Program-made: the position numbers and the translations under genes | The notes under the pieces: generated by a model | Seen by the model: the letters and a program-made list of their open reading frames with translations, nothing else | What the model was told of the DNA's origin: nothing | Database searches by the model: none | Shown: in pieces, positions 10,665-21,233 of the stretch | Layout of the letters: each line of letters opens with the position of its first letter | Position numbering within the stretch: position 1 is the first letter of the stretch | DNA from: Nostoc sp. | Lineage (GTDB): Bacteria; Cyanobacteriota; Cyanobacteriia; Cyanobacteriales; Nostocaceae | DNA: 64,000 nucleotides | Direction: 5' to 3' | Assembly: GCF_036916655.1 (NCBI RefSeq) | Contig: NZ_JBALFY010000011.1 | Span: 36,569-100,568 of the forward strand

Positions 10665-10749
10665 CGGAGAGGGGGGGATTCGAACCCCCGTTAAGTTTCC
10701 CTAAACAGACTTTCCAGGTCTGCGCCTTAAACCACTCGGCCACCTCTCC
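10665..10749 (-). tRNA. tRNA-Ser(GGA)
   Basis: Reverse complement GGAGAGGTGGCCGAGTGGTTTAAGGCGCAGACCTGGAAAGTCTG...GGTTCGAATCCCCCCCTCTCCG: acceptor stem, GGA anticodon, long variable arm, TTCGAAT loop; CCA not encoded. Confidence 0.96.
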
Positions 10750-10855
10750 AGGTGCCACAAGTTCCGATTATACTATAGAATCCTAGAAAATGCAAAGATA
10801 AAGAAAGATATTCTAGATTGAATCTGAAAGTCCTAATCCCAAAACGCAAATCCAG

Positions 10856-11224
10856 ATGTCTCGTACATACACAATTAAAGTTCGCGATCGCGCCACTGAT
10901 AAAACATACACCTTAGAAGTGCCAGAAGACCGCTACATCTTGCACACTGGCGAAAAACAAGGGGTAGAACTACCATTTTCCTGCCGCAACGGGGCTTGCA
11001 CCGCTTGTGCAGTGAGAGTTTTGTCAGGAGAAATTTATCAACCAGAGGCGATCGGGTTGTCGCCAGATTTACGTAAGCAAGGTTATGCCTTGTTGTGTGT
11101 GAGTTATCCCCGTTCTGACTTGGAAGTGGAGACACAAGATGAAGATGAAGTCTACGAACTCCAGTTTGGACGCTATTTTGCTAGGGGGAAAATTAAAGCG
11201 GGTTTACCCTTAGATGAGGAATGA
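10856..11224 (+). CDS. [2Fe-2S] ferredoxin with C-terminal extension (Fed2/FdC2-like)
   Basis: CRNGACTAC...C motif and EVYELQFG tail. Confidence 0.9.
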   Translation: MSRTYTIKVRDRATDKTYTLEVPEDRYILHTGEKQGVELPFSCRNGACTACAVRVLSGEIYQPEAIGLSPDLRKQGYALLCVSYPRSDLEVETQDEDEVYELQFGRYFARGKIKAGLPLDEE

Positions 11225-11228
11225 AGAA

Positions 11229-11286
11229 GAATTCAGAATGGGCTAAACGCCCCGCTACCGCTAACAGGAGTCAGAATTCAGAATTC
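11229..11286. repeat. GAATTCA-type STRR carrying the small dispersed repeat ATGGGCTAAACGCCCCGCTACCGCTAAC
   Basis: Reverse complement of the 1636 element; explains the odd N-terminus of the 11221 track ORF. Confidence 0.7.
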
Positions 11287-11322
11287 TGTCTCGATAAACA
11301 ATTCAAAATCACCGAATTTCTG

Positions 11323-11868
11323 ATGCCTGTAAATTTTGGTGGCTGGGTGCGAAAAATAGCGATTTTGGCTTGCTTATTGCTCTTGGTGAGTTGCCAAGCT
11401 AAAAACCAACTGCCGAACAGTGAAGCCCAGGTGAAAGTAGCACGGGTAGTTAGTGGGCAAAGCTTAGAAGTGTTAGGTATGGCTGAACAACCAAATTTGA
11501 TTTCCCAAGTGCGGTTAGTGGGTGTTGATGCACCAGATTTGCGACAGCGCCCTTGGGGGGAAGCAGCAAAAGAACAGTTAGAGAATCTAATTGGTGGTGT
11601 AGAACAATTGGTAACGCTGGAGTTTGATTTAGAAGCAAAAGACAAAATCGGACGAACTCTAGCTTATGTGTGGAAAAATAAGGTGTTGTTAAATGAAGAA
11701 CTAGTCAAACAAGGGAATGCAATGTTTGTGGGGCGATCGCCTAACCACAAGTACGATCAGCGTTTAGAACGTGCCCAACAATGGGCGAGACTTATGGGGC
11801 AAGGAATCTGGAACCCAGAAAAGCCCATGCGCCTCACTCCCGCCGAGTTTCGCCGCCAAAATCTTTGA
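11323..11868 (+). CDS. Thermonuclease (SNase-like) lipoprotein
   Basis: Lipobox LLVSC, VRLVGVDAP, DKIGRTLAYV, GQGIW. Confidence 0.85.
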   Translation: MPVNFGGWVRKIAILACLLLLVSCQAKNQLPNSEAQVKVARVVSGQSLEVLGMAEQPNLISQVRLVGVDAPDLRQRPWGEAAKEQLENLIGGVEQLVTLEFDLEAKDKIGRTLAYVWKNKVLLNEELVKQGNAMFVGRSPNHKYDQRLERAQQWARLMGQGIWNPEKPMRLTPAEFRRQNL

Positions 11869-11978
11869 AGAATGGGGACTGGGGAAGAAGCAAGGGCGCA
11901 GGGCGCAGGAGGCAGGGAGACAAGAAGAATAACCGATGCCCCAATGACCAATGACCAATGACTAATGACCAATGACTA

Positions 11979-12791
11979 ATGACAAATTTACAAATTTTTC
12001 TAGATATTGCTACAGAAGCAGCCTTAGCTGCTGGTGCTATTTTGCAAGGTTACTTGGGTAAGTTAGAAGACGCAATTATTGAAAAAGGACGCCCTGGTGA
12101 TTTAGTCACTGCTGCTGATAAAGCCTCAGAGGAGTTGATTTTAGAAATTTTGCGTCGTCACTTTCCTCAGCACTCTATCCTCGCTGAAGAATCAGGGAAA
12201 TTAGGTAATCAAGAAAATGAATACCTCTGGGCAATAGATCCTTTAGATGGCACAACCAACTACGCTCATCAATACCCATTTTTCGCTGTTTCCATCGGGC
12301 TGTTAATTAATGGCATTCCCCAAGTTGGTGTCATTTATGACCCCTTTCATAATGAGCTATTCAGTGCTGCTGCTGGCTTAGGGGCAACGCGTAATCATCA
12401 GCCCATCAAGGTTTCAGCAACATCTGAACTGGGTAAAAGCCTACTAGTAACAGGATTTGCCTACGATCGCCGTGAAACCTCTGATAACAACTACGCAGAA
12501 TTTAGTCATCTCACCCATCTTACCCAAGGAGTCAGACGCAGTGGTTCGGCATCGTTAGATTTGGCGTATGTTGCCTGTGGACGTGTGGATGGTTACTGGG
12601 AACGGGGGCTTTCCCCTTGGGATATTGCCGCCGGAATAATTTTGGTACAAGAAGGTGGGGGCAAAATCACCGCCTACGATGGTACTCCTGTCAAAATTGA
12701 GTCAGGTAGACTTCTTGCCACAAATAGTTATATTCACGACTCCCTCAGTAACGAACTTTTACGGGTTCCACCACTGTCAGCCTGGGTGTAA
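11979..12791 (+). CDS. suhB: Inositol monophosphatase family protein
   Basis: WAIDPLDGTTNYAH and WDIAAG motifs. Confidence 0.9.
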   Translation: MTNLQIFLDIATEAALAAGAILQGYLGKLEDAIIEKGRPGDLVTAADKASEELILEILRRHFPQHSILAEESGKLGNQENEYLWAIDPLDGTTNYAHQYPFFAVSIGLLINGIPQVGVIYDPFHNELFSAAAGLGATRNHQPIKVSATSELGKSLLVTGFAYDRRETSDNNYAEFSHLTHLTQGVRRSGSASLDLAYVACGRVDGYWERGLSPWDIAAGIILVQEGGGKITAYDGTPVKIESGRLLATNSYIHDSLSNELLRVPPLSAWV

Positions 12792-12865
12792 CAGATGGGG
12801 GCTTTCTCTACGACTTTGGGTACACTAAAAGCAATCTAACTGCTCCTTTAGTGTAAAACCTCTAT

Positions 12866-13828
12866 ATGTCTTTTAAAATAGACCGCGGACTATTTAAATA
12901 TGATTTCATAGATCATCACGCAGTATTGTGCGTTCCAGTTGATGCGGATGTCAAAGAGATTCGCAAACGCTATCTCCAAGTCGCCCGCCGTTTGCACCCA
13001 GATAGTAGTTTTACTGAAACGGCTGCTCAAAAACAGCTAGGTAACGAATTGTTATCAAAGTTGGTTAACCCAGCTTACGAAAAACTTGTCGGCGATCGCA
13101 CTCGCACTGAATATATTCTAATTTTGTCGCAAATTGGCAAGCGCCTGGTACAAGAGTCTACTTCGGTAACTCTCAACACCGACTTGGCTAAACAGTTAGT
13201 TGAGGCGGCTAATACCGATCATTTCTATAAAACTGCGATCGCAAAACTAGCCCAAACTCAATATGATTCTTTAGAACAAGCGCTGCAAGTCATTGCCCAA
13301 GCTAGCGAATTGAATTTAGTATATTTAATGCGGAGCGTGAGCAAATTACCCACAGCATCGCCATCGGCTCAATCCAAAGTCCAATCAGCTGCTACGCCTC
13401 AGCCAAATACACCAAAAAATCCCTTACCAGCGCCAGCAGCAGCGCCAGCAAAAGATGGCTTGGTTGTAGAACAGTATGTTCGTCGCGCTCAATCTTTGAT
13501 TGAGAAAAACCAGTTTGCCCAAGCCAAAGTAGAGTTGCAAGAGGCCCTAAAGCTAGAACCTAAAAATAGTCGCTGCCATAGCTTAATTGCAATGGTGTAT
13601 TTGAGGCAAAATCAGCTAAAAATGGCCAAAATCCACTTTGACAATGCTTTAAAACTAGACCCTAGTGACGAAACGGCTCTGCAATGGAAACCTAAAATAG
13701 ATAAGGCTTTAGGACAACAAATTAGCGATCATAAGGTGACTTCATCCCCCAATAATGGAGATAAGCAACCAGATAAATCTGGTAGTGGTGGTTTGTTCGG
13801 TGGTTTGTTTGGTGGGAAGAAAAAATAA
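12866..13828 (+). CDS. J-domain (DnaJ-like) protein with C-terminal TPR
   Basis: ARRLHPD motif; TPR-like ALKLEPKNSRCH..ALKLDPSD. Confidence 0.85.
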   Translation: MSFKIDRGLFKYDFIDHHAVLCVPVDADVKEIRKRYLQVARRLHPDSSFTETAAQKQLGNELLSKLVNPAYEKLVGDRTRTEYILILSQIGKRLVQESTSVTLNTDLAKQLVEAANTDHFYKTAIAKLAQTQYDSLEQALQVIAQASELNLVYLMRSVSKLPTASPSAQSKVQSAATPQPNTPKNPLPAPAAAPAKDGLVVEQYVRRAQSLIEKNQFAQAKVELQEALKLEPKNSRCHSLIAMVYLRQNQLKMAKIHFDNALKLDPSDETALQWKPKIDKALGQQISDHKVTSSPNNGDKQPDKSGSGGLFGGLFGGKKK

Positions 13829-15042
13829 TGGTGTATCAACCAGCAGCGGGAGCCAGGGATTTATTGCCCTTGGATGTGGAGAAAAAACGCTGGATTGAAG
13901 ATCGGTTACAACAAGTGTTTCATCGTTGGGGATATCACAGGATTATCACCTCGACTTTAGAACGGATGGATACCCTGATGGCGGGGGAAGCAATCCAGCG
14001 TCAGATGGTGATTCAACTACAGCAAAATGGCGAAGATGATGAGTTAGGGCTACGTCCAGAATTAACAGCCTCTATTGCTCGTACTGTTGTCACTCGGATG
14101 GCAGGTCTGCGTTATCCACAACGGCTGTACTACAATGCCAATGTGTTTCGCCGCACTTGGGAAAGTAGACACAATCGCCAACAAGAGTTTTATCAAGCTG
14201 GAGTAGAGTTGCTAGGTGCTGGCGGATTGCTAGCAAACGCCGAAGTCTTGCTGTTAGTAGCAGACTGTTTAGAAGCACTGGGTTTACAGGGATGGCATTT
14301 AATTTTAGGTGAGGCGGGAATTACGCGATCGCTCCTGAGTGCCTTTCCTGACAATCTCCAACATCAAGTTCGCAGTGCGATCGCTCATCTAGATCGCATT
14401 GCCATAGATAATTTACCTCTGAGTGACAAACTACGCGATCGTGCCCAAATCATCTTGGATTTACGTGGGTCAAGTGCAGACGTGTTGCAAAAAGTCAGTA
14501 GTTTGGATCTCGATGAAGAACAGCGAGAGGCAGTGAATAACCTCAAATCCCTAGTAGAATTACTAGAATCCGAGAAAAAACTGCCGTTAATCCTCGATCT
14601 CAGCCTCATCCAAACTATAGATTACTACACTGGTATCGTCTTTGAGGTTGTCAACGATACCGAATCCCAAGCCAGAGTTTTAGGGCGTGGTGGTCGCTAT
14701 GACCAGCTTTTGGGTCTATATCATCCTCAAGGAGAAAACATTCCCGGAATTGGTTTTGGACTGAATATCGAAGATTTATACCAGGTTTTATTATCTACCC
14801 AGCAATTACCACAGGTAACTCCAGCGAGTGACTGGTTAGTAGCACCAGAGACAGCCAGTGCTAACGCCGCCGCTTTTGCCTACGCGCAAAAACTCAGAGA
14901 TTCAACTGATTTGGTGCGGGTAGAAATTGATTTAGGAGGAAGGGATGCTGAGGCTATTCGTCAATATGCAGGCGATCGCAGCATAGCCCAAATTGCCTGG
15001 ATCAAAGCTGACGGCTCACCAGAAATTGAATCATTGCGTTAA
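13828..15042 (+). CDS. hisZ: ATP phosphoribosyltransferase regulatory subunit
   Basis: HisRS-like fold: LRPELTASIAR, QEFYQAGVELLG, DYYTGIVF, GGRYD. Confidence 0.92.
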   Translation: MVYQPAAGARDLLPLDVEKKRWIEDRLQQVFHRWGYHRIITSTLERMDTLMAGEAIQRQMVIQLQQNGEDDELGLRPELTASIARTVVTRMAGLRYPQRLYYNANVFRRTWESRHNRQQEFYQAGVELLGAGGLLANAEVLLLVADCLEALGLQGWHLILGEAGITRSLLSAFPDNLQHQVRSAIAHLDRIAIDNLPLSDKLRDRAQIILDLRGSSADVLQKVSSLDLDEEQREAVNNLKSLVELLESEKKLPLILDLSLIQTIDYYTGIVFEVVNDTESQARVLGRGGRYDQLLGLYHPQGENIPGIGFGLNIEDLYQVLLSTQQLPQVTPASDWLVAPETASANAAAFAYAQKLRDSTDLVRVEIDLGGRDAEAIRQYAGDRSIAQIAWIKADGSPEIESLR

Positions 15043-15229
15043 GTGAGTTGGGCATTGGGCATCGAGAAGAGACAAGGTAGACAAGGAAGAGAGGGGAGAC
15101 AACGGAGAGACTTGTCCAATAATTCCCCCTTGTCCCCTTGTCTCCCCTGCCCCTCTGCTCCCCTGCTCTCTCCTCCCTCCTCCCTGCTAGGCTAGAAATA
15201 GCCGATACAGAAAAGAGGGAATCGAGAAC

Positions 15230-15457
15230 ATGCCGCACACAATTGTTACAGAAGTCTGTGAAGGCGTTGCTGACTGCGTAGATGCCTGTCCAGTAGCTTG
15301 TATTCATGATGGTCCAGGCAAAAACGCCAAGGGAACTGATTGGTACTGGATTGACTTTGCCACTTGCATCGACTGTGGTATCTGTCTCCAAGTTTGCCCA
15401 GTAGAAGGGGCAATTCTTGCAGAAGAACGACCAGAGTTGCAAAAAACCCCACAATAG
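15230..15457 (+). CDS. Bacterial-type dicluster ferredoxin ([3Fe-4S]/[4Fe-4S])
   Basis: CEGVADCVDACP and CIDCGICLQVCP. Confidence 0.9.
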   Translation: MPHTIVTEVCEGVADCVDACPVACIHDGPGKNAKGTDWYWIDFATCIDCGICLQVCPVEGAILAEERPELQKTPQ

Positions 15458-15526
15458 TCCATAGTCAACAGTCAATAGTTATGTTTGACTGTTGACCAAT
15501 GACAAATGACCAATGACAAATGACCA

Positions 15527-16255
15527 ATGACAAATGACTATTTACTAGATGTTCAAAATGTCCACGCTGGATACATCAAAGATGTAGATATCCTGCAAGG
15601 TGTGAATTTTCAGGTTTCACCAGGAGAATTGGTGACAGTGATTGGCCCCAACGGTGCGGGGAAATCTACTTTAGCAAAAGCAATTTTTGGGCTTTTGATT
15701 CCCCACACAGGCACAATTACCTTCAAAGGTGAAAATATCGTGGGGCTAAAGTCTAATCAAATTGTCCAGCGAGGAATGTGCTACGTACCGCAAATCGCCA
15801 ATGTTTTCCCCTCTCTCAGTGTTGAAGAGAACTTGGAGATGGGTGCTTTTGTGCTTAACGTTCCCCTGAAGCCAATTAAAGATAAAATATTTACCATGTT
15901 CCCCAGACTAAGCGATCGCCGTCGTCAACGCGCTGGTACTCTCTCTGGAGGAGAACGCCAGATGTTAGCGATGGGCAAAGCTTTGATGTTGGAACCTGGT
16001 TTGCTGATTTTAGATGAACCATCTGCTGCCTTGTCGCCGATTTTAGTGACACAAGTGTTTGAGCAGATTAAACAAATTAATCAGGCTGGTACTGCGATCG
16101 TATTAGTAGAACAAAATGCCCGTAAGGCTTTAGAGATGGCTAATCGTGGATATGTATTAGAGTCGGGACGTGATGCGATCTCCGGCCCCGGTGAAGAATT
16201 GTTGAATGACCCGAAAGTGGGTGAGCTATATCTGGGAGCGGGTAAGAGACATTAA
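15527..16255 (+). CDS. Branched-chain/neutral amino acid ABC transporter ATPase (LivF/NatE-like)
   Basis: GPNGAGKST, LSGGERQMLA, ILDEPS, LVEQN. Confidence 0.9.
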   Translation: MTNDYLLDVQNVHAGYIKDVDILQGVNFQVSPGELVTVIGPNGAGKSTLAKAIFGLLIPHTGTITFKGENIVGLKSNQIVQRGMCYVPQIANVFPSLSVEENLEMGAFVLNVPLKPIKDKIFTMFPRLSDRRRQRAGTLSGGERQMLAMGKALMLEPGLLILDEPSAALSPILVTQVFEQIKQINQAGTAIVLVEQNARKALEMANRGYVLESGRDAISGPGEELLNDPKVGELYLGAGKRH

Positions 16256-16908
16256 TCCTTCTTAATCACTCTTGACCCCATTCAACATAACACCAGCTTA
16301 AGATAGGAGCTTCACTAGGCGATAGCGATGCCTAGCTTAGGCTGCGCCTACGCTATTCTATAACTAATATAAATCCTGCCACTGCCGCGTCCGTCGTTTT
16401 CGATGCTCAAAGAATTCTCCCCAATAATCCTTGCGTTTCTAATCACATCTACAGCTAGTCAAAAGACAAAACAGGACATTCATTGAGGAAAAATTGACCA
16501 AAACGTAAATTACCCTATTTGCCAGAACCCTCATTAGCAATTTGTAATTATGTTGAGCGCTTTCGGCAATTTGGCATCCAAAATTTTTTTGTTGCAGTTT
16601 TAATTGATATATCAGCAGGGTTACAGGGAAATTGAGAAAATTCTACAAGGGATTAATTCCCGTCTCAAAAACCCCACCCAATGGCCAGTTGTTGACCTTG
16701 ACGCTCTCCGAACCACCTTAAGGTGGATGCAGCGCCAACGTCTCCGCTTCACTACAACTGGCTAGAAATCAAACAGAAAACACATAGTACAAATGGACTT
16801 ATGCCATATCAGGTATTTCCTGAAATGGATGTAGGGGCCTACAGTCGATTCATTCTGCTGTAAATATTTTTGGCGGAGATATTAACATACTCAGGCGATC
16901 GCTACCAT

Positions 16909-17302
16909 TTATTTAATCTGTAATCGCTTTATTTTATTATTTGCCGATAGTAGTAATTCTTGAGCTTTCAAATAGGTTGTTGTGCCATTTTGTACCTTTT
17001 CTAATTGATTAATAATACTTTGCAATTGACTCAACACACGATTGCGCTCTCCATCATCAGCATCCGTAGGAATTGAAGCCGACAAGCTTTTGATTTCTCG
17101 TTGCGCTGCCTCCAAACCCGGATTTCTCACGCATAGTGTAGGCGGAGGAATGTGGGGGGTTGGGGGGTGTAGGGGGTAAGACTTCTTCCCCATCCTCCCA
17201 CACCCCTTGGATTTCTCACAAGTGAGAAATTCCAGGCAAAGCCTCCACGGCATCCGCCTCAGCTTGCCGTCTAACCTGAACTTGACCTAAATTAGCCTCA
17301 TA
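16909..17302 (-). pseudogene. C-terminal remnant of a helical hypothetical protein, frameshifted by MITE A copy 2
   Basis: Removing 17117-17236 plus one CAAA restores the frame YEANLGQVQVRRQAEADAVEALEAAQREIKSL...; an in-frame TGA at 17303-17305 and no start codon upstream. Confidence 0.65.
17117..17236. mobile_element. MITE family A, copy 2 (120 bp, 4-bp flanking duplication CAAA)
   Basis: Ends CCCGGATTTCTCAC / GTGAGAAATTCCAGG; CAAA at 17113-17116 and 17237-17240; interior matches 7592-7702. Confidence 0.82.
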
Positions 17303-17795
17303 TCAGAACTCAAATTGGTAGGAAGAAACTTGTTTTGTCCACCCTGCTGCAAAAAGTTTCAGTTATCCTGAAATAAGAGTTCGCAGTCAGCCGATTCGCC
17401 TCTATTCAATGGCTTAGGTATGTGGACATGAGTAGTAAAACAGTATTTGGGAACAAAATGATACTCATTTACGTTTTAAGCTGTTGCGCCTGCAAATTGC
17501 ATCACAAGCATGATTAGACAAAACCTCTAAATCCTCTCCCTTGCTCCCTGCACCCTGCTGCCACAATGTGCAAACTATAATCACAACAGCTTCTAAGTGT
17601 CTCGCCTCTAATTTGGAATGACGCACATTAGCAGGATAAAAATTCTGAAGAGTGATTGCGATCGCACAGACTTCCCATCATCATAAGTACTTTTATCTTC
17701 GGAATACGCTTATAGAGAGGTTTAAAAACAGTCAGAAACAAACTCAGTGAATCCTCGTCATTAAATACATCACATACACAAAGGATAATGCTCTT

Positions 17796-18518
17796 ATGAC
17801 TCGCCTACATCAATGGAAATATGGAACCGCTGCATTTATGGCAATGGCCGTTACTACAAGCACCATTAGCCCTCTATTCAGCTTGGCTCCTGCTAATGCT
17901 CAATACAACATTGGGCAAAACAGAAATAGTCAATACGGAAACGTGACCATTCCTTCTGGGGTTGCTTTTCCTGTCACCTACGAAAAAGAGACAATTACTA
18001 TTGCTCCTGGGGAAAGTAAATCTATAACCTTGAGAATAGCCAATGACATTATCGACAGAAATAGAAATGTCTTAATTCCTGCTGGTACTAAAGTTAATGG
18101 ACGGCTAGAATCTGTTGACTTAGATAGTTATTCAAGAGATACAAGAAATACAGATGATAACCAAGGAAAAGGCGTAAGGTTTGTAGCTCAAGAATTAGAA
18201 TTTTCTAACGGTCAGCGTCAGTCGATTAATGCAACTTCTCGGACATACACCACAACTCAAAAAGTCACACAAGGGCCTAGCACCAATCAGGTTTTAACTG
18301 ACGCAGCTATTGGTGGGGGTGCTGGTCTTTTAGGTTCGCTACTTACTGGTAATCGCAGAATTGACGATTTAAAACCTGTTCTCGGTGCAGCTGCGGGTGC
18401 TGGTGCGAGTGTGCTATTGCGGAAAAAAGAAGCAAATGTTTTTGTCATTAGACCTGCACAGGATTTAAGACTGACACTGAATTCTAACTTGAATTTAGTA
18501 CCATCATCTCGCTACTAG
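17796..18518 (+). CDS. Exported protein with beta-rich (TrbI-like) and glycine-zipper domain
   Basis: Signal peptide ending PANA-Q; IPAGTKVNGRL...AAIGGGAGLLG resembles the C-terminal half of the 21234 protein. Confidence 0.7.
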   Translation: MTRLHQWKYGTAAFMAMAVTTSTISPLFSLAPANAQYNIGQNRNSQYGNVTIPSGVAFPVTYEKETITIAPGESKSITLRIANDIIDRNRNVLIPAGTKVNGRLESVDLDSYSRDTRNTDDNQGKGVRFVAQELEFSNGQRQSINATSRTYTTTQKVTQGPSTNQVLTDAAIGGGAGLLGSLLTGNRRIDDLKPVLGAAAGAGASVLLRKKEANVFVIRPAQDLRLTLNSNLNLVPSSRY

Positions 18519-18786
18519 ATTTAGCTTCATTCAAGTCGTGAGTTTAATCATCCCTTATCTGCGATCGCCACTTTAACTATAGTGTGCGATCGCCTTCATT
18601 TTTAAACCTAAAAAATTATATTTACCAGCAACTCTTTTACCTCTATATCGTCTTAATTTAGTATCAATATTTATTGGAATACTTATTTAAGTATGTTATA
18701 GGAAAACTAGTAAATTTGACTCTATTGTATTCTCTATCCAAAAGAGTATTCAAACTTACGAAATATCCTGGTACTTTTATTAAGTA

Positions 18787-20832
18787 GTGACGATAAAGGA
18801 GTCTTTGATTATGGTACTTCAAGGTTTCGGTTTAAGTGCATATTTGGCAATTCCCATAGTATTAAATATTTTAGCTCCAGGAGAAAGGATAAAAGTATCT
18901 TTAGCTGAAAACGACCGTCAGGTTTCCACTAACAAGGAAATTAACTTATCCAGTCGTGAGCTAATCAGCGCGAATTCAACACCAAAAACATACTATGTTA
19001 GTGGTAACGGAAACGACAAAAATAACGGACTCTCTACATCATCCGCCTTTAGGACAATTCAAAAGGCAGCAGACCTTACCAACCCTGGCGATACAGTCTT
19101 GATTATGAACGGAATATACAAAAATTCACCCAAAGATGGGAGTGTAATAAGTATTAAACGTTCTGGAACTGCAAATGCCTGGATTAGGTATAAAGCATAT
19201 CCTGGGCATTTCCCGAAAATCCAACACAATACATGGAACGGTATCCTAATTTCAAGTGGAGCTTCGTATATCGAGATCAACGGGTTGGAAGTAGTTGGAA
19301 ACAATGCCAATATAACCCTTGATTATGCGATGAGTGAGAAGACTAACAAACAAAATCCGCTGACAAGTGGAAACTGTATCAACGTTGATGGACGAACTAA
19401 TGGTCATGTTCATCACATCCGTATTGTCAACAACAAAGTGCATGACTGCGGAGGAGCAGGTATTTCAGCGATTCAATCAGATTATGTGACAGTAGATAAT
19501 AACGTGGTATTTAATAATGCCTGGTATAGCGTTTATGGTTGCAGTGGCATTTCGATGTTGAGCAATTGGAATTTTGACAACAACCAAGGATACAAAATGT
19601 TTGTTACTAACAATAAGACTTACAACAATCGTATGTACATCCCTTGGATTGCAGTTGGAAAGATCACAGACGGGAATGGCATTATTATTGATAGTACAAG
19701 AAATGATGGCAACCCCAAATTAGGTGAATATAAAGGACGTACTTTAGTTCAAAATAATCTTGCATTTAACAATGGTGGATCGGGTATTCATGCCTTTTTC
19801 AGCGATCATGTTGATATTGTAAATAACACAGCGGTTTTAAATAATCAGAGTCCAGAAATTAAAGGTGGACAAATATTTGCTCATACATCATCTGATGTCA
19901 GAATTCTCAGGAACATTCTCTATGCTTTTCCTGGGAAGGATATTAATAACAACACTAAAAATCAAAACGTTGTTTATGATTATAATATCTACCTAAATAG
20001 TTCTAATATCAGTGTTAAAGGGCCTCACGATATTGTTGCAGACTCAGACTTTTTAAGTAAGCATCCCACTATAGAAAAAATATCTGGTGATTGGAAATCG
20101 CAACTAGATAAACAAAATCCGCCTACACGGACTGATGTAGAGCCTAAGTTGGCAAGTTTTGTTTGTGAACCAGTGACTTATCCTTCACAAGAGAAAGTTA
20201 CCAAAGTGGGATGTTCCCCGCTATCTTTAGCTCAAACTGCTTTTTCTGATGTTTCATCTGACTATTGGGCAGCACAATTTATTCAGCAATTATCTCAGCG
20301 AGGTGTAATTGCTGGATTTCCTGATGGCACTTTCCGCCCAGAAGACCCGGTGACACGCGCTCAATTTGCCGCGATGATCGATAAAGCTTTCCAAAAAGCA
20401 CAGCAACGGCAGGCAATCAATTTTACTGATGTGCCTAGCAACTATTGGGCATCTAGTGCCATTCAGCAAGCTTATGCGATTAGTTTCTTATCAGGATATC
20501 CTGGTAATCGCTTTCAGCCTAACCAAGCTATTCCCCGCGAACAGGTTTTAGTTTCTCTCGCTAATGGTTTGGGATATACTCCTGGCGGCAATACTAAAAG
20601 TACTCTGCAATATTTCAACGATGCCTCTAACATTGCTAGCTATGCCCGTAGCCCGATCGCAGCCGCAACCGAAAAGCAAATTGTGGTCAACTATCCTGAT
20701 GTGAAGTTACTGAAGCCAACTGCAAATGCTACACGGGCGCAAGTAGCAGCTTTTATCTACCAAGCATTAGTCAGTTCTAATCAAGCTTCAGCAATTAACT
20801 CGCCTTATGTTGTGTTAAGACTCAGCAATTAA
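18787..20832 (+). CDS. Right-handed beta-helix (pectate-lyase-like) protein fused to three SLH domains
   Basis: TYYVSGNGNDKNNG..FRTIQKAA..PGDTVLI, Asn-rich repeats, DGNGIIID; C-terminal FSDVSSDYWA/FRPEDPVTRAQFAAM SLH repeats; true start may be ATG 18811. Confidence 0.85.
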   Translation: MTIKESLIMVLQGFGLSAYLAIPIVLNILAPGERIKVSLAENDRQVSTNKEINLSSRELISANSTPKTYYVSGNGNDKNNGLSTSSAFRTIQKAADLTNPGDTVLIMNGIYKNSPKDGSVISIKRSGTANAWIRYKAYPGHFPKIQHNTWNGILISSGASYIEINGLEVVGNNANITLDYAMSEKTNKQNPLTSGNCINVDGRTNGHVHHIRIVNNKVHDCGGAGISAIQSDYVTVDNNVVFNNAWYSVYGCSGISMLSNWNFDNNQGYKMFVTNNKTYNNRMYIPWIAVGKITDGNGIIIDSTRNDGNPKLGEYKGRTLVQNNLAFNNGGSGIHAFFSDHVDIVNNTAVLNNQSPEIKGGQIFAHTSSDVRILRNILYAFPGKDINNNTKNQNVVYDYNIYLNSSNISVKGPHDIVADSDFLSKHPTIEKISGDWKSQLDKQNPPTRTDVEPKLASFVCEPVTYPSQEKVTKVGCSPLSLAQTAFSDVSSDYWAAQFIQQLSQRGVIAGFPDGTFRPEDPVTRAQFAAMIDKAFQKAQQRQAINFTDVPSNYWASSAIQQAYAISFLSGYPGNRFQPNQAIPREQVLVSLANGLGYTPGGNTKSTLQYFNDASNIASYARSPIAAATEKQIVVNYPDVKLLKPTANATRAQVAAFIYQALVSSNQASAINSPYVVLRLSN

Positions 20833-21233
20833 CTCGCTGTATATAGTGGGTGTTGGGTCTACTACTTCAACACCTGTATCGGTCACAATTAGAATCTCTT
20901 GACTTAGATAGCTATTCAATAGGCGATCGCCACTTTAAATATAGTGTGCGATCGCCTAAATTTTTAACCCTAAAAAATCCATTTTTCGGCAACTATTCTA
21001 TCTCTGTATCGTCTTTACTAAGTATAAATATTTGGAATACTAATTTTGTCAAGAGGTAATAGGGTGATGATACTACTTCTATTATCTACTCTGGCTCATG
21101 GAGATTTTTAGATTATCACTATATGACTAAAGTAATGGCTTTTACAAAAAGCACAAAAGAATGGAACCTAATACTTTAGTAAATGTCTAATTAATTAACA
21201 GTAAAAAAACTAATTGAACTGGAGTAAAAAATA

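Noticed and set aside
10445-10749. tRNA-Ser as a prophage or island attachment site
   Set aside because: No integrase and no duplicated tRNA 3' end found in the window
16607-16765. Open frame of about 53 codons (YQQGYREIEKILQGINSRL...)
   Set aside because: Only a TTG start, no ribosome-binding site and no recognisable family; may be a gene remnant
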